29,406 nucleotides of DNA from Chiloscyllium plagiosum (taxonomy: Eukaryota): NCBI RefSeq assembly GCF_004010195.1, contig NC_057756.1, forward strand, positions 4,823,164 through 4,852,569, read 5' to 3'. The position numbers and the translations under genes are program-made. Below the pieces are notes generated by a model. It worked only from the letters and a program-made list of their open reading frames with translations, ran no database searches and was not told the DNA's origin. Every line of letters starts with the position of its first letter. The first letter of the stretch is position 1. Of the stretch, positions 1 through 11,079 are shown one piece after another.

Positions 1-205
1 TCCCCACCAACCATCACTTCCCACCTGCATCTACCTATCGCCTACCTTCCCTACAGCCCCTCCTACTTATCTCTCCACTTTCCGAGTAAATGGCTTATGA
101 CCGAATGTCGACTCTCCTGCTCCTCGAATGCTGCGTGACCTGCTGTGCTTTTCCAGCGCCAGCCTTTTTGACCGACTCTCCAGCATTCGCAGTCCTCACT
201 TTCTC
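1..205 (+). mobile_element. 3' end (pLTR-like) of a Neptune-type Penelope-like element, with a degenerate hammerhead
   Basis: Matches the ...gatgctgcctgacctgctgcgcttttccagc...cagcatctgcagtcctcactttctc family that follows a GIY-YIG C-terminus at 22875-23507. Confidence 0.65.
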
Positions 206-212
206 AGAGTAG

Positions 213-340
213 TCATGATTTGGAGATGCCGGTGCTGGCCTGGGGTGTACAAAGTTAAAAGTCACCTCCTTCATCACCTGAAAGAGAGTGCTTCCAATTA
301 AACCTGTTGGACTACAACCTGTTGTATGATTTTTTAACTT
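213..340. mobile_element. Short internally deleted palindromic PLE-derived non-autonomous element with flanking duplication
   Basis: Same family as 1922-2148. Direct repeat actttctcagagtag at 198-212 and 337-351. Confidence 0.7.
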
Positions 341-1367
341 TCTCAGAGTAGGTTGTGGACCATGTGCAGATAAATGGGATGCGTGTACGTTCAACATGTT
401 TCAGTAGCAGGAAAGCTGGCAGCTTTGACCAGGGGGCTGACAGGAATGACGAATGATTTACAAACTTACCTCGTGAATAGATGGAGTGCACAAGGGACAG
501 CTGAGTAAGTAAGGTAATATATTTGGGTGGTTGCTTTACAAAACATTACTCAGGTAGTGTCTTCTACCCATCGTATTTCTCTAACCAAAAACAAAATTGC
601 CAGATTGGTAAGATTTTTTTTTAATTCTGTATTTTTCTACATTCTCTTTGGAATGGCAATTAGGGCAGTTGAATGTTACTCCTGCAGAATGGGGAGGGGA
701 GGGTCACCACTAGTGACCCTGGTGACTTCCTGTGGGAAAGTGCACCCAACTCCAGCTCCACGTTAGAGAACCGGAGGAGGAGCTGGATGAACTTTGAATC
801 ATTCAGGAGGCGGAGGAGGTTATTGAGAGGAGATACAAGGAGGTAGTCACAGCTCGGGTACAAGAAAAGAAAAGAGCAGATGGGATACAGTTGGGGGACG
901 GAAAGGGAACCGGCAGACAGTGCTGGGGTCCCCTGTGGCCATTCCTCTCAATAGAGAGTATACTGATTTGGATAGTGCTGGATGGGACAATTTACTATGG
1001 AGCACAGATCTCTGGCACAGTCTGTCCCTTTTGCTCAGAAGAGGTGGGGTGTTGGGAAAAAAGAGAGAGAGAGAGAGGGAGAGACTCACGGTTGGTGTGT
1101 TGCAGGCTCCTGATGCCTTGGATCATGTTTTTGGGACCCTTGAGGGGGAGGAGGAGCAGCTCCACATCGGCACTAACGACATAGGTAGGAAAAGGATGAG
1201 GATTAAGGCAGAAATTCAGGGAGCTAGGCTGGAAGCTTAGCATTACAACAAACAGATTTTATCTCTGGTCTGTTGCCCATGCCAGTGAGGAGAGGGATAG
1301 GAAGAAAGGGGAGTTGAACACGTGGCTACAGGGATTATGCAGGCGGATGGGTTTCAGATACCTGGAT

Positions 1368-1550
1368 AAAGATGTGCAGGGTTAGGTGAATTGTCCATGC
1401 TAAATTGCCCATAGTGTTCAGGGATGTGTAGGTTATGTGCTTTAGTCAGTGGTAAACATAGGGTAGGGGAACGGGTCTGGGTGGGTTACTCTTCGGAGGG
1501 CTGGTGTGGGTTGAAGGACCTGCTTCCACACTGTATGGAATCTAATTCTA
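1368..1550 (+). mobile_element. 5'-truncated HE1-type SINE inserted in CR1 ORF1
   Basis: aaagatgtgcagggttagg...ccatgctaaattgccc core and ...ttccacactgta.ggaatctaat tail, shared with the full copies at 6015-6329 and 28656-28957. Confidence 0.8.
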
Positions 1551-1921
1551 GTTCAATTGAGGCTCATTCTGGGGTAGGTGAGACCTCTAGAAACAGGATG
1601 GTATCTCCAGTGACCAGGAGGTTGAGAGTAGTGAGGTCAGAAATGAGGTCAAGATTGCAAGAGCTCACCAGCAAGCAGGGAGGTGGTTTGAAGTGAGTCT
1701 ATTTGAACAGAAGGAGCATCTGGAATAAAGGTGGGTGAACTCGAAGAATGGGTTGGTACCTGGGATTTCAATGTTGTGGCCATTTTGGAGACATGGGTAG
1801 AGCAGGGGACAGGAATGGTTGTTGCAGGTTCCGGGATTTAGATGTTTCAGTAAGAACAGAGAAGATGGTAAAGTGGGGGGGGGGGGGGGGGGGGGGGGAA
1901 AGGTGTGGCATTGTTGGTCAA

Positions 1922-2148
1922 TGGTCGCCAAATGACTTGGAGATGCCAATGTTGGACTGGGGTGGACAATGTTTTTAAAAATTGCACAACACCAGGTTAT
2001 AGTCCAACAGGTTTATTTGCAAGCACTAGCTTTCGGAGCACCACTCCTTCATTAGGTAGTTGTCCACCTGATGGAAGAGCAGTGCTCTGAAAGCTAGTGC
2101 TTGCAACTAAACCTGTTGGGCTATAACCTGGTGTTGTGCAATTTTTAA
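1922..2148. mobile_element. Palindromic non-autonomous PLE-like element with two opposite-strand hammerhead motifs
   Basis: Inverted arms at about 1970-2058 and 2065-2154. 13-bp duplication cattgttggtcaa (1909-1921) / cattgttagtcaa (2149-2161). CTGATG..stem..GAAAGCTA motifs on both strands. Confidence 0.75.
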
Positions 2149-2580
2149 CATTGTTAGTCAAAGACAGTATTACGGTGGCAGAAAGGACATTTGAGGATTC
2201 GTCTCCTGAGGGAGTATGGGCCGAGGTTAGAAACAGGAAAGGTCACCCTGTTGGGAGTTTTCTATAAGCCTCCGAATAGTTCCAGTGATGTAGAGGAAAG
2301 GATAGCAAAGAATTTTCGATAGAAGCGAGAGTAACAGAGTAGATATTATGGGGGACTTTAACTTTCCAAATATTGACTGGAAATACAACAGTTCAAATAT
2401 TTTGGATGGGTCAGTTTTTGTCCGCCGTGTGCAGGATGATTCCCTGACACAGTATGTCGACAGGTCAACAAGGGGAGAGGCCACACTGGATTTGGTACTG
2501 GCCAATGAACCCTGCCAGGTGTCAGATTTGGAGGCAGGTGATCACTTTGGTGATCGTGACCACAATTCAGTTATGTTTTC

Positions 2581-2605
2581 CAGCATCTGCAGTCCTCGCT
2601 TTCTC
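2581..2605 (+). mobile_element. 25-bp extreme 3' tip of a Neptune-like PLE with a 21-bp flanking duplication
   Basis: cagcatctgcagtcctcgctttctc between identical ccacaattcagttatgttttc copies (2560-2580 and 2606-2626). Confidence 0.7.
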
Positions 2606-3521
2606 CCACAATTCAGTTATGTTTTCTTCAGCAATTGAAAGGGATAGGTAACTCACACAGGGCAATGTTATGGTTGGGGAAAAGGCAATTATGATGCGAT
2701 TAGACAAGATTTAGTATACATAGGATGGGGAAAAAAAACAGCAGGGGATGGGCACAATTGAAATGTGGAGCTTATCCAAGGAACAGCTTGAACAAGACCT
2801 TGATAAAAAGTGTTCGAGCAAGGGAGTCGTGGTTTACTAAAGAAGTTGAATCTCTTGTCAGGAAGAAAAGATGGCTTATGTAAAGGTGAGAGGTGAAGGT
2901 TCAGTTAGGGCACTCGAGTGTTACACATTAGCCAGGAAAGACCTAAATACAGCAAGCCAAGAATAGCCAGGAGGGGAGATAAGACAACATTGGCAGATAG
3001 GATAAAGGAAAACCCCTAAAGCTTTCTATAGGTATAGAAGGAATAAAGGAATGACTAGAGAAAGATTAGGGCCAATCAAGGATATAGTGGGGTGTTGTGC
3101 ATGGAGTCTGAGTAGGAGAAGCAATAAGTGAATATTTTACATCACTATTCACCCTGGAAAAAGACAGACAATGTTGTCAAGGAGAATACTGAGATACAGG
3201 CTAGTAAGACGAGACAGGATTGAGGTTCACAAGGAGGTGGTGTTAGCAATTCTGGAAAGTGCGAAAATACACAAATTCCCTGGGTCAGATGGGATTTATC
3301 CTAGGATTCTCTGGAAAGCCAGGGAGGAGATTACAGAGCCTTTGGTTTTGATCTTTATGTCGTCATTGTCTACAGGAATAGTGCCAGAAGACTGGAGGAT
3401 AGCAAATGCAGCAAGCCCTGGTAATTACACACCACTGTGCCTTACTTCAAAGTCTGTGAGAAGATTTGTAGCTCGGGTGCTCGTTGTTGTGGTTCTGTTC
3501 GCCGAGCTGGGAATTTGTGTT

Positions 3522-3561
3522 GCAGATGTTTCGTCCCCTGTCTAGGTGACATCCTCAGTGC
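3522..3561 (-). ncRNA. Inverted copy of the Penelope hammerhead motif (CGTC->CATC)
   Basis: The reverse complement reads GCACTGAGGATGTCACCTAGACAGGGGACGAAACATCTGC. Confidence 0.6.
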
Positions 3562-3757
3562 TTGGGAGCCTCCTATGAAGCACTTCTGTGATCTTTACTC
3601 CGGCATTTGTGGTGGTTTGAATCTGCCGCTTCCGGTTGTCAGCTCCAGCTGTCTGCTACAGTGGTCAGTATATTGGGTCCAGGTCAATGTGCTTATTGAT
3701 TGAATCTGTGGATGAGTGCCATGCCTCTGGCTGTTCTGTTTGGCTTGTCCTATAATA

Positions 3758-3873
3758 GGAGGAGAAAGTGAGGGCTGCAGATGCTGGAGATCAGAGCTGA
3801 AAATATGTTGCTGGAAAAGCGCAGCAGGTCAGGCAGCATCCAAGGAGCAGGAGAATCAACGATTCGGGCATCA
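3758..3873 (-). mobile_element. Neptune-like PLE 3' end nested in the inverted Penelope arm (truncated by gap)
   Basis: ggagaaagtgagg.ctgcagatgctggagatcagagctgaaaa...ctggaaaagcgcagcaggtcaggcagcatcc, the reverse complement of the family at 1-205 and 23393-23510. Confidence 0.7.
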
Positions 3874-4104
3874 NNNNNNNNNNNNNNNNNNNNNNNNNNN
3901 NNNNNNNNNNNNNNNNNNNNNNNNNNNNNNNNNNNNNNNNTTTGTACACTACATTGGTTTTGCTCATGCTGGGTATTGGGTCCTTCGTTCTGGTGAGTTG
4001 TCGTCGGAGAGTGGCTGTTGGTTTGTGTGCTGTTATGAGTCCTAGTGGTCGCAGTAGTCTGGCTGTCAGTTCGGAAATGCTCTTGATGTATGGTAGTGTG
4101 GCTA

Positions 4105-5140
4105 CTCAAACTACTGGACCTGTGCCTCACAACACACTTCACATTCAACAACCAAATATATGAACAAATCAACGGCACACCCGTGGGTTCACCCATCTCT
4201 GGACTCATAGCAGAAGCGGTAATGCAAAGATTAGAACAAATGGTCTTACCGCAAATTCAACCCAAACTCTGGGTCAGATATGTGGATGACACCTTTGTAA
4301 TCATTAAAAACACAGAAATAGAGAACACACACCGGATCATCAACGCCACACTCACAGGAATCCAATTCACTAGAGAGGAAGAAAAGGACAACCAACTCCC
4401 ATTCCTAGGCGTGATGGTACAGAGGACACTGAACGGAGAATTCACCACAAAGGTATACAGGAAAGCCACACGCACAGACCAAGTCCTGAACTATGAAAGC
4501 AACCACCCCAACACACAAAAGAAGTTGCATCAAGATACGATTCAAAAGAGGGCCACAACACACTGCAGTACACCAGAACTGCAAAAAGAGGAAGAACACC
4601 TATACAATGTATTCGCCAAAAACAGATACCCGTGCAATTTCATCAACAGATGCCAAAAGGAAAGACAACGGAATGAGGACATGCCGCAACCCAAAGGACT
4701 AGCCACACTACCATACATCAAGAGCATTTCCGAACTGACAGCCAGACTACTGCGACCACTAGGACTCATAACAGCACACAAACCAACAGCCACTCTCAGA
4801 CAACAACTCACCAGGACAAAGGACCCAATACCCAGCATGAGCAAAACCAATGGTGTACAAAGTCCCATGCAAGGACGGTACAAAACACTACACAGGACAA
4901 ACAGGAAGACAGCTAACGATCAGCATCCATGAATACCAACTAGCCACGAAACGACACGACCAGCTATCCTTAGTAGCCACACACGCAGATGACAGGCAAC
5001 ATGAGTTCGACTGGGACAAGACTGCTATTATAGGACAAGCCAAACAGAACAGCCAGGGAATTCCTAGAGGCGTGGCACTCATCCACAGATTCAATCAATA
5101 AGCACATTGACCTGGACCCAACATACTGACCACTGCAGTG
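4105..5140 (+). pseudogene. Penelope RT C-terminal half + GIY-YIG endonuclease (frameshifted)
   Basis: Motifs YEQINGTPVGSPISG, WVRYVDDTF, LPFLGV, VYRKATRTDQVL, HP..KRS, TLPYIKSISE, then VYKVPCKDGTKHYTGQTGRQL...IHE (GIY-YIG). Frameshifts near 4515 and 4850. Confidence 0.9.
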
Positions 5141-5232
5141 GACAGCTGGAATTGACAACCGGAAGTGGCAGATTCAAACCACTACAAATGCCGGAGTAAA
5201 GATCACAGAAGCGCTTCACAGGAGGCTCCCAA

Positions 5233-5272
5233 GCACTGAGGATGTCACCTAGACAGGGGACGAAACGTCTGC
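5233..5272 (+). ncRNA. Minimal type I hammerhead ribozyme in Penelope pLTR (intact core)
   Basis: GCA-CTGAGGA-T-GTCACC-TAGACA-GGGGAC-GAAA-CGTC-TGC: CUGANGA and GAAA core, stem II with one mismatch, palindromic ACGU stem III, GUC cleavage triplet and 3-bp stem I GCA/UGC. Confidence 0.75.
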
Positions 5273-5514
5273 AACACAAATTCCCAGCTCAGCGAACAGA
5301 ACCACAACACTGAGCCTTACTTCACTTGTGGGTAAAGTATTGGAAAAGGTTAAAAGGTTATAAGAGTTAGAACTTATAATCATCTAAACAGGGATAAGTT
5401 GATTCAGGATAGTCAACGTGGTTTTGTGAAGGGTGGGTCGTGCCTCATAAACCTTATTGAGTTCTTTGAGATGGTGACCAAACAGGTGGATGAGGCTACA
5501 GTGGTTGGTGTGGT

Positions 5515-8500
5515 AGAACATAGAACATAAAATATTACAGTACAGGCCCTTCAACCACAGGTTGGTGGAACAATCTGAAGCCTATTTATCCTACACTATT
5601 CCATTTTCATCCATGTTTATCCAATGATCATTTACATGCCCTTAAAATTGGCTAGCCTACAACTGTTGCAGGCAGTGTGTTCCACGCCCCTACTACTCTG
5701 AGTAAAGAAACTACCTCTGATATGTCCTATATCTATCACCCCTTGAGCTTACCATCACCACCCAAGGATAAAAGGCTCTCACTGTCCACCCTATCAAACT
5801 CTCTGATAATTTCAGATGTCAAAATTCAGTGATGTCTTGACCACCTTCTCTCTAATGAAAACAGCTTCAAGTCCCTCAGAAGACCTTCCCTCCATACCAG
5901 GCAACATCCTGGTAAATCTCCTTTGAACCCTTTCCAAAGCTTACACATCCTTCCTATAACACAATGACCAGAACACTACGCAATACTCCAAGTGCGGCTG
6001 CGCCAGAGTTTTTAAGATTAGATTAGATTCCCTACAGTGTGGAAACAGGCCCTTCGGCCCAACCAGTCCACACCGACCCTCTGAAGACTAACCCACCCAG
6101 ACTCATTTCTCTCTGTCCCTAGCACTATGGGACAATTTAGCATGGCCAATCCACCCTAACCTGCACATCTTTGGACTGTGGGAGGAAACCGCAGCACCCG
6201 GAGGAAACCCACGCAGACACGGGGAGAATGTGCAAACTCCACACGGACAGTTGTCCGAGGCTGGAATCGAACCCGGCACCCTGTGGCTGTGAAGCAACAG
6301 TGCTAACCACTGAGCCACCGTACCGCCCCAATTTTGTACAGCTGCAGCAGGACCTTGCAGCTCCAAAACTCAATCCCTCTACCAATAAAAGCTACCACAC
6401 TATATGCCTTCTTAACAACCCGATCAACCTGGTTGGCAACCTTCAGGGATTGATGTACCTGGTCACCGAGATCTCTCTGCTCATCTACACTACCAAGAAT
6501 CTTACCATTAGCCCAGGGCTCTGCATTCCTGTTACTCCTTCCAAAGTGAATCACCTCACTTTTCCGCATTAAACTCCACTTCCCACATCTCAGCTCAGCG
6601 GCTCGTTTACGTCCCTCTATAACCGACAAACATCCTTCTGCACCCTCATCCAAGTCATTTTCAAAAAAAAAAAAATGACGAACAGCAGTGGCCCCAAAAC
6701 AGATCCTTGCGGTACACCGCAAGTAACCAAACCCCAGGATGAACATTTCCCATCAACCACTACCCTGTCTTCTTTCAGCTAGCCAATTTCTGATCCAAAC
6801 CCCTAAATCACCCTCAATCCCACACCTCTATTTTGTGCAACAGCCTACGGGGTGAATCTTCTAAAATATATTCCTGAAATCCATGTATGCCACATCTACT
6901 GCTTTACCCTCATCCACCTGTTTGGTCACCGGCTCAAAGAACTCAATAAGGTTTGTGAGGCACGACCCACCCTTCACAAAACCGGGTTGACTACCCCTGA
7001 TCAACGTATTCCTCCCTACACGATTATAATGAGATGAGATTTATAACCTTTTCCAACACTTTATCCCACAACCAAAGGCTTACTGGTCTATTATTACCAG
7101 GGATGTCTCTGCTCCCCTTTGTGAACAAGGAGCCAACATTTGCTATCCTCCAGTCTTCTGGCACTATTCCTGTAGACAATGATGACATAAAAGATCAAAA
7201 TCAAGGGCCCTGCAATCTGCTCCCTGTCTTCCCAAAGAATCCTAGGATAAATCCCAGCCGACCCAAGGGAACTTATGTATTTTCACACACTCCAGAATTG
7301 CTAACACCTCCTCTTTGTGAACCTCAATCCTGTCTAGTCTGTATATCTGTATTCTCCTAGTCAACATTATGTTTAGTCAGTGTTCACAGTGGAAAAAGAC
7401 ATTCATTTCGCGCTTCCCCCAACTCCTCAGACTCCAAGCACTATTTTCCAACACTATCCTTCATTGGTCCTAGTATTTCTCTAGTCAGTCATTCTTTTAT
7501 TCCTGATATACTGAAATAATGCTTTAGGATTTTCCTTCATCGTATGTGCCAATGCCTTCATGTCCCCTCCTGGCTCTTCATAACACTCTTTAGGTCTATC
7601 CTGGTAAACTTGTAGCTCTGAAGAACCCGAACAGAACTTTCACATCTCATCCTAACATTAACCACCTTCTTTAACTTGACAAGAGATTCAATTTCCTTAG
7701 CTCCCTTGCTCGACGACTTCCTCCCTGCCAGACAGGTACATACTTATCAAGGCCACGCAGTAGCTATTCCATGAAATGTGGAGCTTATTCAATTGTGCCT
7801 ATTCCCTGCAGTTTCCTTCTCCATCCTATGAATCATGAATCTTGCCTAATCACATCATAATTGCCTTTCCCCCAGCAATAACTCTTGCCTTGTGTTATAT
7901 ACCTACCCCTTTCCATCGCTAGAGTAAACATAACCCAAATGTGGTCGCTATCACCAAAGTGCTCACCTACCTCCAAACCTAACACCTGGCTGGGTTCATT
8001 ACCCAGTACTAAATGAAACATGGCCTCACCCCTTGTTGGCTTATCTACATTCTGTGTCATGAAACCCTCCTGCACACACTGGACAAAAAATGACCCATCC
8101 CAAGTACTCAAACTATAATATTTCCAGTCAACATTTGGAAAGTTAAAGTCCTCCATAACAGCTACCCTGTTACCCTCACTCCTATCCAGAATTCTCTTTG
8201 CTATCCTTTCGTCTATCTCTGGAAAGATTCAAAGGTCTATAGAAAACTCCCAACACTGACCTCTGCTTTCCTGTTTCTAACCTCAGCCCGTACTACCTCA
8301 ATGGACGAGACCTCAGATGTCCTTCCTACCATTGTAATACTATCCTTGACTAACAATGCCATACCTCCCCTTCTTTCACCATCTTTTCTGTTCTTACTGA
8401 AGCATCTAAATCCCAGAACCTGCAACAACCATTCCTGTCCCTGCTCTATCCAGGTTTCCAAATGGCCACAACATCCAAGTCCCAGGTACCAACCCATACT

Positions 8501-9312
8501 GCAAGTTCACCCACCTTATTCCGGATGCTCCTGGTGTTGAAGTACTACCTTCCTGCTTGCTGGTGCACCCTTGTGACCTTGAAACCTCATTTCTGACCTT
8601 TTGTACTGTCAACCCCCTGGATACTGGAACTACAATTTAGGTTCCCATTCCCCTACTGAATTAGTTTAAACCCTCCCGAACAGCATTAGCAATCTCCCCC
8701 TCCCCCACCTCCCCAGGATATTGGTACCCCTCTGGCTCAGGTGTAGGCCATCCTGTTTATAGAAGTCCCACCTACCTCAGAATGAGCCCCAATTATCCAG
8801 ATATCCAAAACCCTTCCTCCTGCACAACTCCTGAAGTCACGTGTCCCCTCTCCATATTCCGTGCCTCGCGAGCAAGGCACATGGCACAGGCAGCAAGCCA
8901 GAGATAATAACTGTTTGTTATAGCACTCTAGCTCCCTGAATTTCTGCCTTCAATCCCTGTCCCTTTTCTTACCCAAGTCATTACTACCTATGTGGACCAT
9001 GACTTGGGGCTGCTTTTCCTCAAGGATCCCAAAACCACGATCTGAGACATCACAAACCTTGGCACCTGGGAGGCAACATACCAACCGTGAGTCACAGAAC
9101 TTCCTATCCATCCCCCTAACTACAGAGTCCCCAATGACTAATGCTCTGCTCATCTGCCCCCTTCCCTTCTGAGCAACAAGGACAGACTTTGTGACAGAGA
9201 CCTGTACCCCATGGCTTACCCCTGGTAAGTCATCACCTGCAACAGTATATTTGTTATGGAGGTGAACATCCACAGGGGTTCCCTCCACTGCCTGTCTGTT
9301 CCCTCTCCATCC
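5515..9312 (-). mobile_element. Antisense CR1 LINE (5'-truncated in ORF1) inserted into the RT region of the outer CR1
   Basis: Minus-strand ORF1 esterase (VIGDSVVRG, DSRLVCCLPGAKV, VHIGSNDLG), APE (EDFNFPNVDW, EHFGDSDH) and RT fragments. The (ATGTTCT)n tail appears as agaacatagaacat at 5515. Short gtggt duplication at 5510-5514 / 9313-9317. Confidence 0.85.
6015..6329 (-). mobile_element. Full-length HE1-type tRNA-derived SINE
   Basis: A box TGGCTCAGTGG (6307-6317) and B box GGTTCGATTCC (6263-6273) on the minus strand, V-SINE-like core, CR1-like 3' end and (AATCT)n tail. Confidence 0.88.
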
Positions 9313-10906
9313 GTGGTGTATGTGGATTTCAGTAAAGCATTTGATAAGGATCCCCATGGTAGGCTATTGCACAAAATACAGAGGCGTGGGACTGAGGGTG
9401 ATTTAGCAGTTTGGATCAGGACGTGGCTAGCTGTAAGAAGGTAGAGGGTGGTGGTTGATGGGAAATGTTCATCCTGGAGTCCAGTTACTAGTGGTGTACC
9501 GCAAGGATCGATTTTGAGGCCACTGTTGTTTGTCATTTTAATAAGTGACCTGGATGAGGGCGGAGAAGGGTAGGTTAGTCAATTTGTGGATGACACTAGA
9601 TCAGTGCAGTTGTGAATAGTGCTGAAGGATGTTGCAGGTTACAGAGGGACAGAGATGAGCTGAGTTGAGATGCGGCAAATGGAGTTTAATGTGGAAAAGT
9701 GAGACATGATTCACTTTGGAGGGAGGAACAGGAATAAAGAGCACTGGCCTCACGGTAAGATTCTCGATAGTGTAGATGAGCAGAGCGACCTCAGTGTCCA
9801 TGTGCATAGATCCCTGAAAGTTGCCACCCAGGTTGATAGGGTTGTTAAGGCAGCATACAGTGTGGTAGCGTTTATTGGTAAAGGGATCACGTTTCAGAGC
9901 CACGGTGGCAAGCAGCAGCTGTACAAAACTCTGGTGCAGCCACACATGGGAGTATCATGTACAGTTCTGGTCACCGCATTATAGGAAGGACATGGAAGCT
10001 TTGGAAAGGGTTCAGAGGAGATTTGCCAAGATGTTGCCTGGTATGGAGAGAAGGTCTCATGAGGAAAGGCTCAGGGACTTGAAGCTGTTTTCGTTAGAGA
10101 GAAGAAGGTTGAGAGGTGATTTAAATTGAGACCAGTAAGATCAGAGGATTAGATAGAGCAGAATCTTTTTCCTCAGATGGTGATGGCTAGCATAAGGGGA
10201 CATAGCTTTTAACTGTGGGGTGATTGATACAGGACAGATGTCAGCTGTAGATTCTTTACTCAGGATAGTAGGGTCATGGAATGCACAGCCTGTAACAGTA
10301 TAGACTCACCAACTTTCAGAGCATTTAAACGGTCATTGGATAAACATATGTATGGAAACAATAGTGTAGGATAGATGGGCTTGAGATTGGTCTGACAGAA
10401 TGGCGCAACGTCAAGGGCCACAGGGCCTCTACTTTGCAGTAATATTTTATAGACGGGACAGGCCAAAGGCCTCCTTCTATGCTCTTTGACTCTACCAGAA
10501 CAAGATGAAGGAGATATGGGTTAGGGTGGAAACACATGGAAGCCCCTGGATAACATTAGGATCTCAGGGAAGCACATTTCACTCAAGTGCTTGAAGTTCA
10601 AGCAGCTCGTGCTCAGACTACAACTGCTGTGGTGCATTAGGAAAAGGAAAAATTCTCCGGATTCCTTCTACCAGCAGACAATCACATCACTCGGGATGGG
10701 GGTCTGCTAATACAGTCAGCGGTCAGGGAGAGGAGGTAGAGAAGGGAGGCCCCAGAGTATGGGAGTGTAGCATTGTCTGATCCTGCAGGCATCCAATAGA
10801 AATTGAACATTAAAGATGACATGTTTGTTTTTGAGTGGTGAGGCTACATCTCAAAACACAGAGCCATTCGAGTCTCCTTATGTAAGGAAGGATTTAAAAC
10901 ACATTA

Positions 10907-11014
10907 GAAACAAAAACACAAATTGCTAGAAAATGTCAGCAGGTCTGGCAGCATCTCTGGGGAAAAACAAAATCAGAGTTAACGCTTCAAGCCTTCTGAC
11001 CCTCTTTCAGAACT
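10907..11014 (-). mobile_element. Degenerate PLE 3'-end fragment with decayed hammerhead
   Basis: Minus strand reads TCTGAAAGAGGGTC...GAAGCGTTAACTCTG...gatgctgccagacctgctga; related to 15633-15735. Confidence 0.5.
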
Positions 11015-11079
11015 GCACATCGAGTGAGCTAGAGGATGAAGCAGAACCAGGGAACAGCTCAGAGTCAGGAGGAATTAAT

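Larger units (their letters stand above)
3450..5310 (+). mobile_element. 5'-truncated Penelope/Poseidon-type retroelement with an inverted duplication of its 3' part
   Basis: 3450-4104 is the reverse complement of about 4700-5310, apart from a nested insert and gap. Flanking duplication (cac)tgWgccttacttca at 3433-3449 and 5308-5324 within the CR1. Confidence 0.88.
410..10452 (+). mobile_element. Near-full-length degenerate CR1 (HER1-like) LINE, interrupted by several nested insertions
   Basis: ORF1 starts at ATG 653 (CYSC...CGK zinc-finger-like; SGNH esterase motifs DSRLVCC, HIGTNDIG). APE motifs MGDFNFPNIDW, LDLVL, DHN at 2348-2580. RT motifs PGSDGIYP, PEDWRIAN. The element resumes at 9313 with VYVDFSKAFDK.PH, GVPQGS.L.PL.F and QFWSPHY, and ends in a CR1 3' end near 10410-10452. 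Many stops and frameshifts; 5' boundary approximate. Confidence 0.85.

Noticed and set aside
4090..4932. 280-aa ORF as an intact or domesticated reverse transcriptase gene
   Set aside because: It is 5'-truncated, begins in the inverted arm, has internal frameshifts and sits inside a TSD-flanked insertion.
6250..6329. tRNA gene (A and B boxes), also near 24660-24731 and 28656-28720
   Set aside because: These are tRNA-derived heads continuous with the HE1 SINE core and LINE-derived tail.
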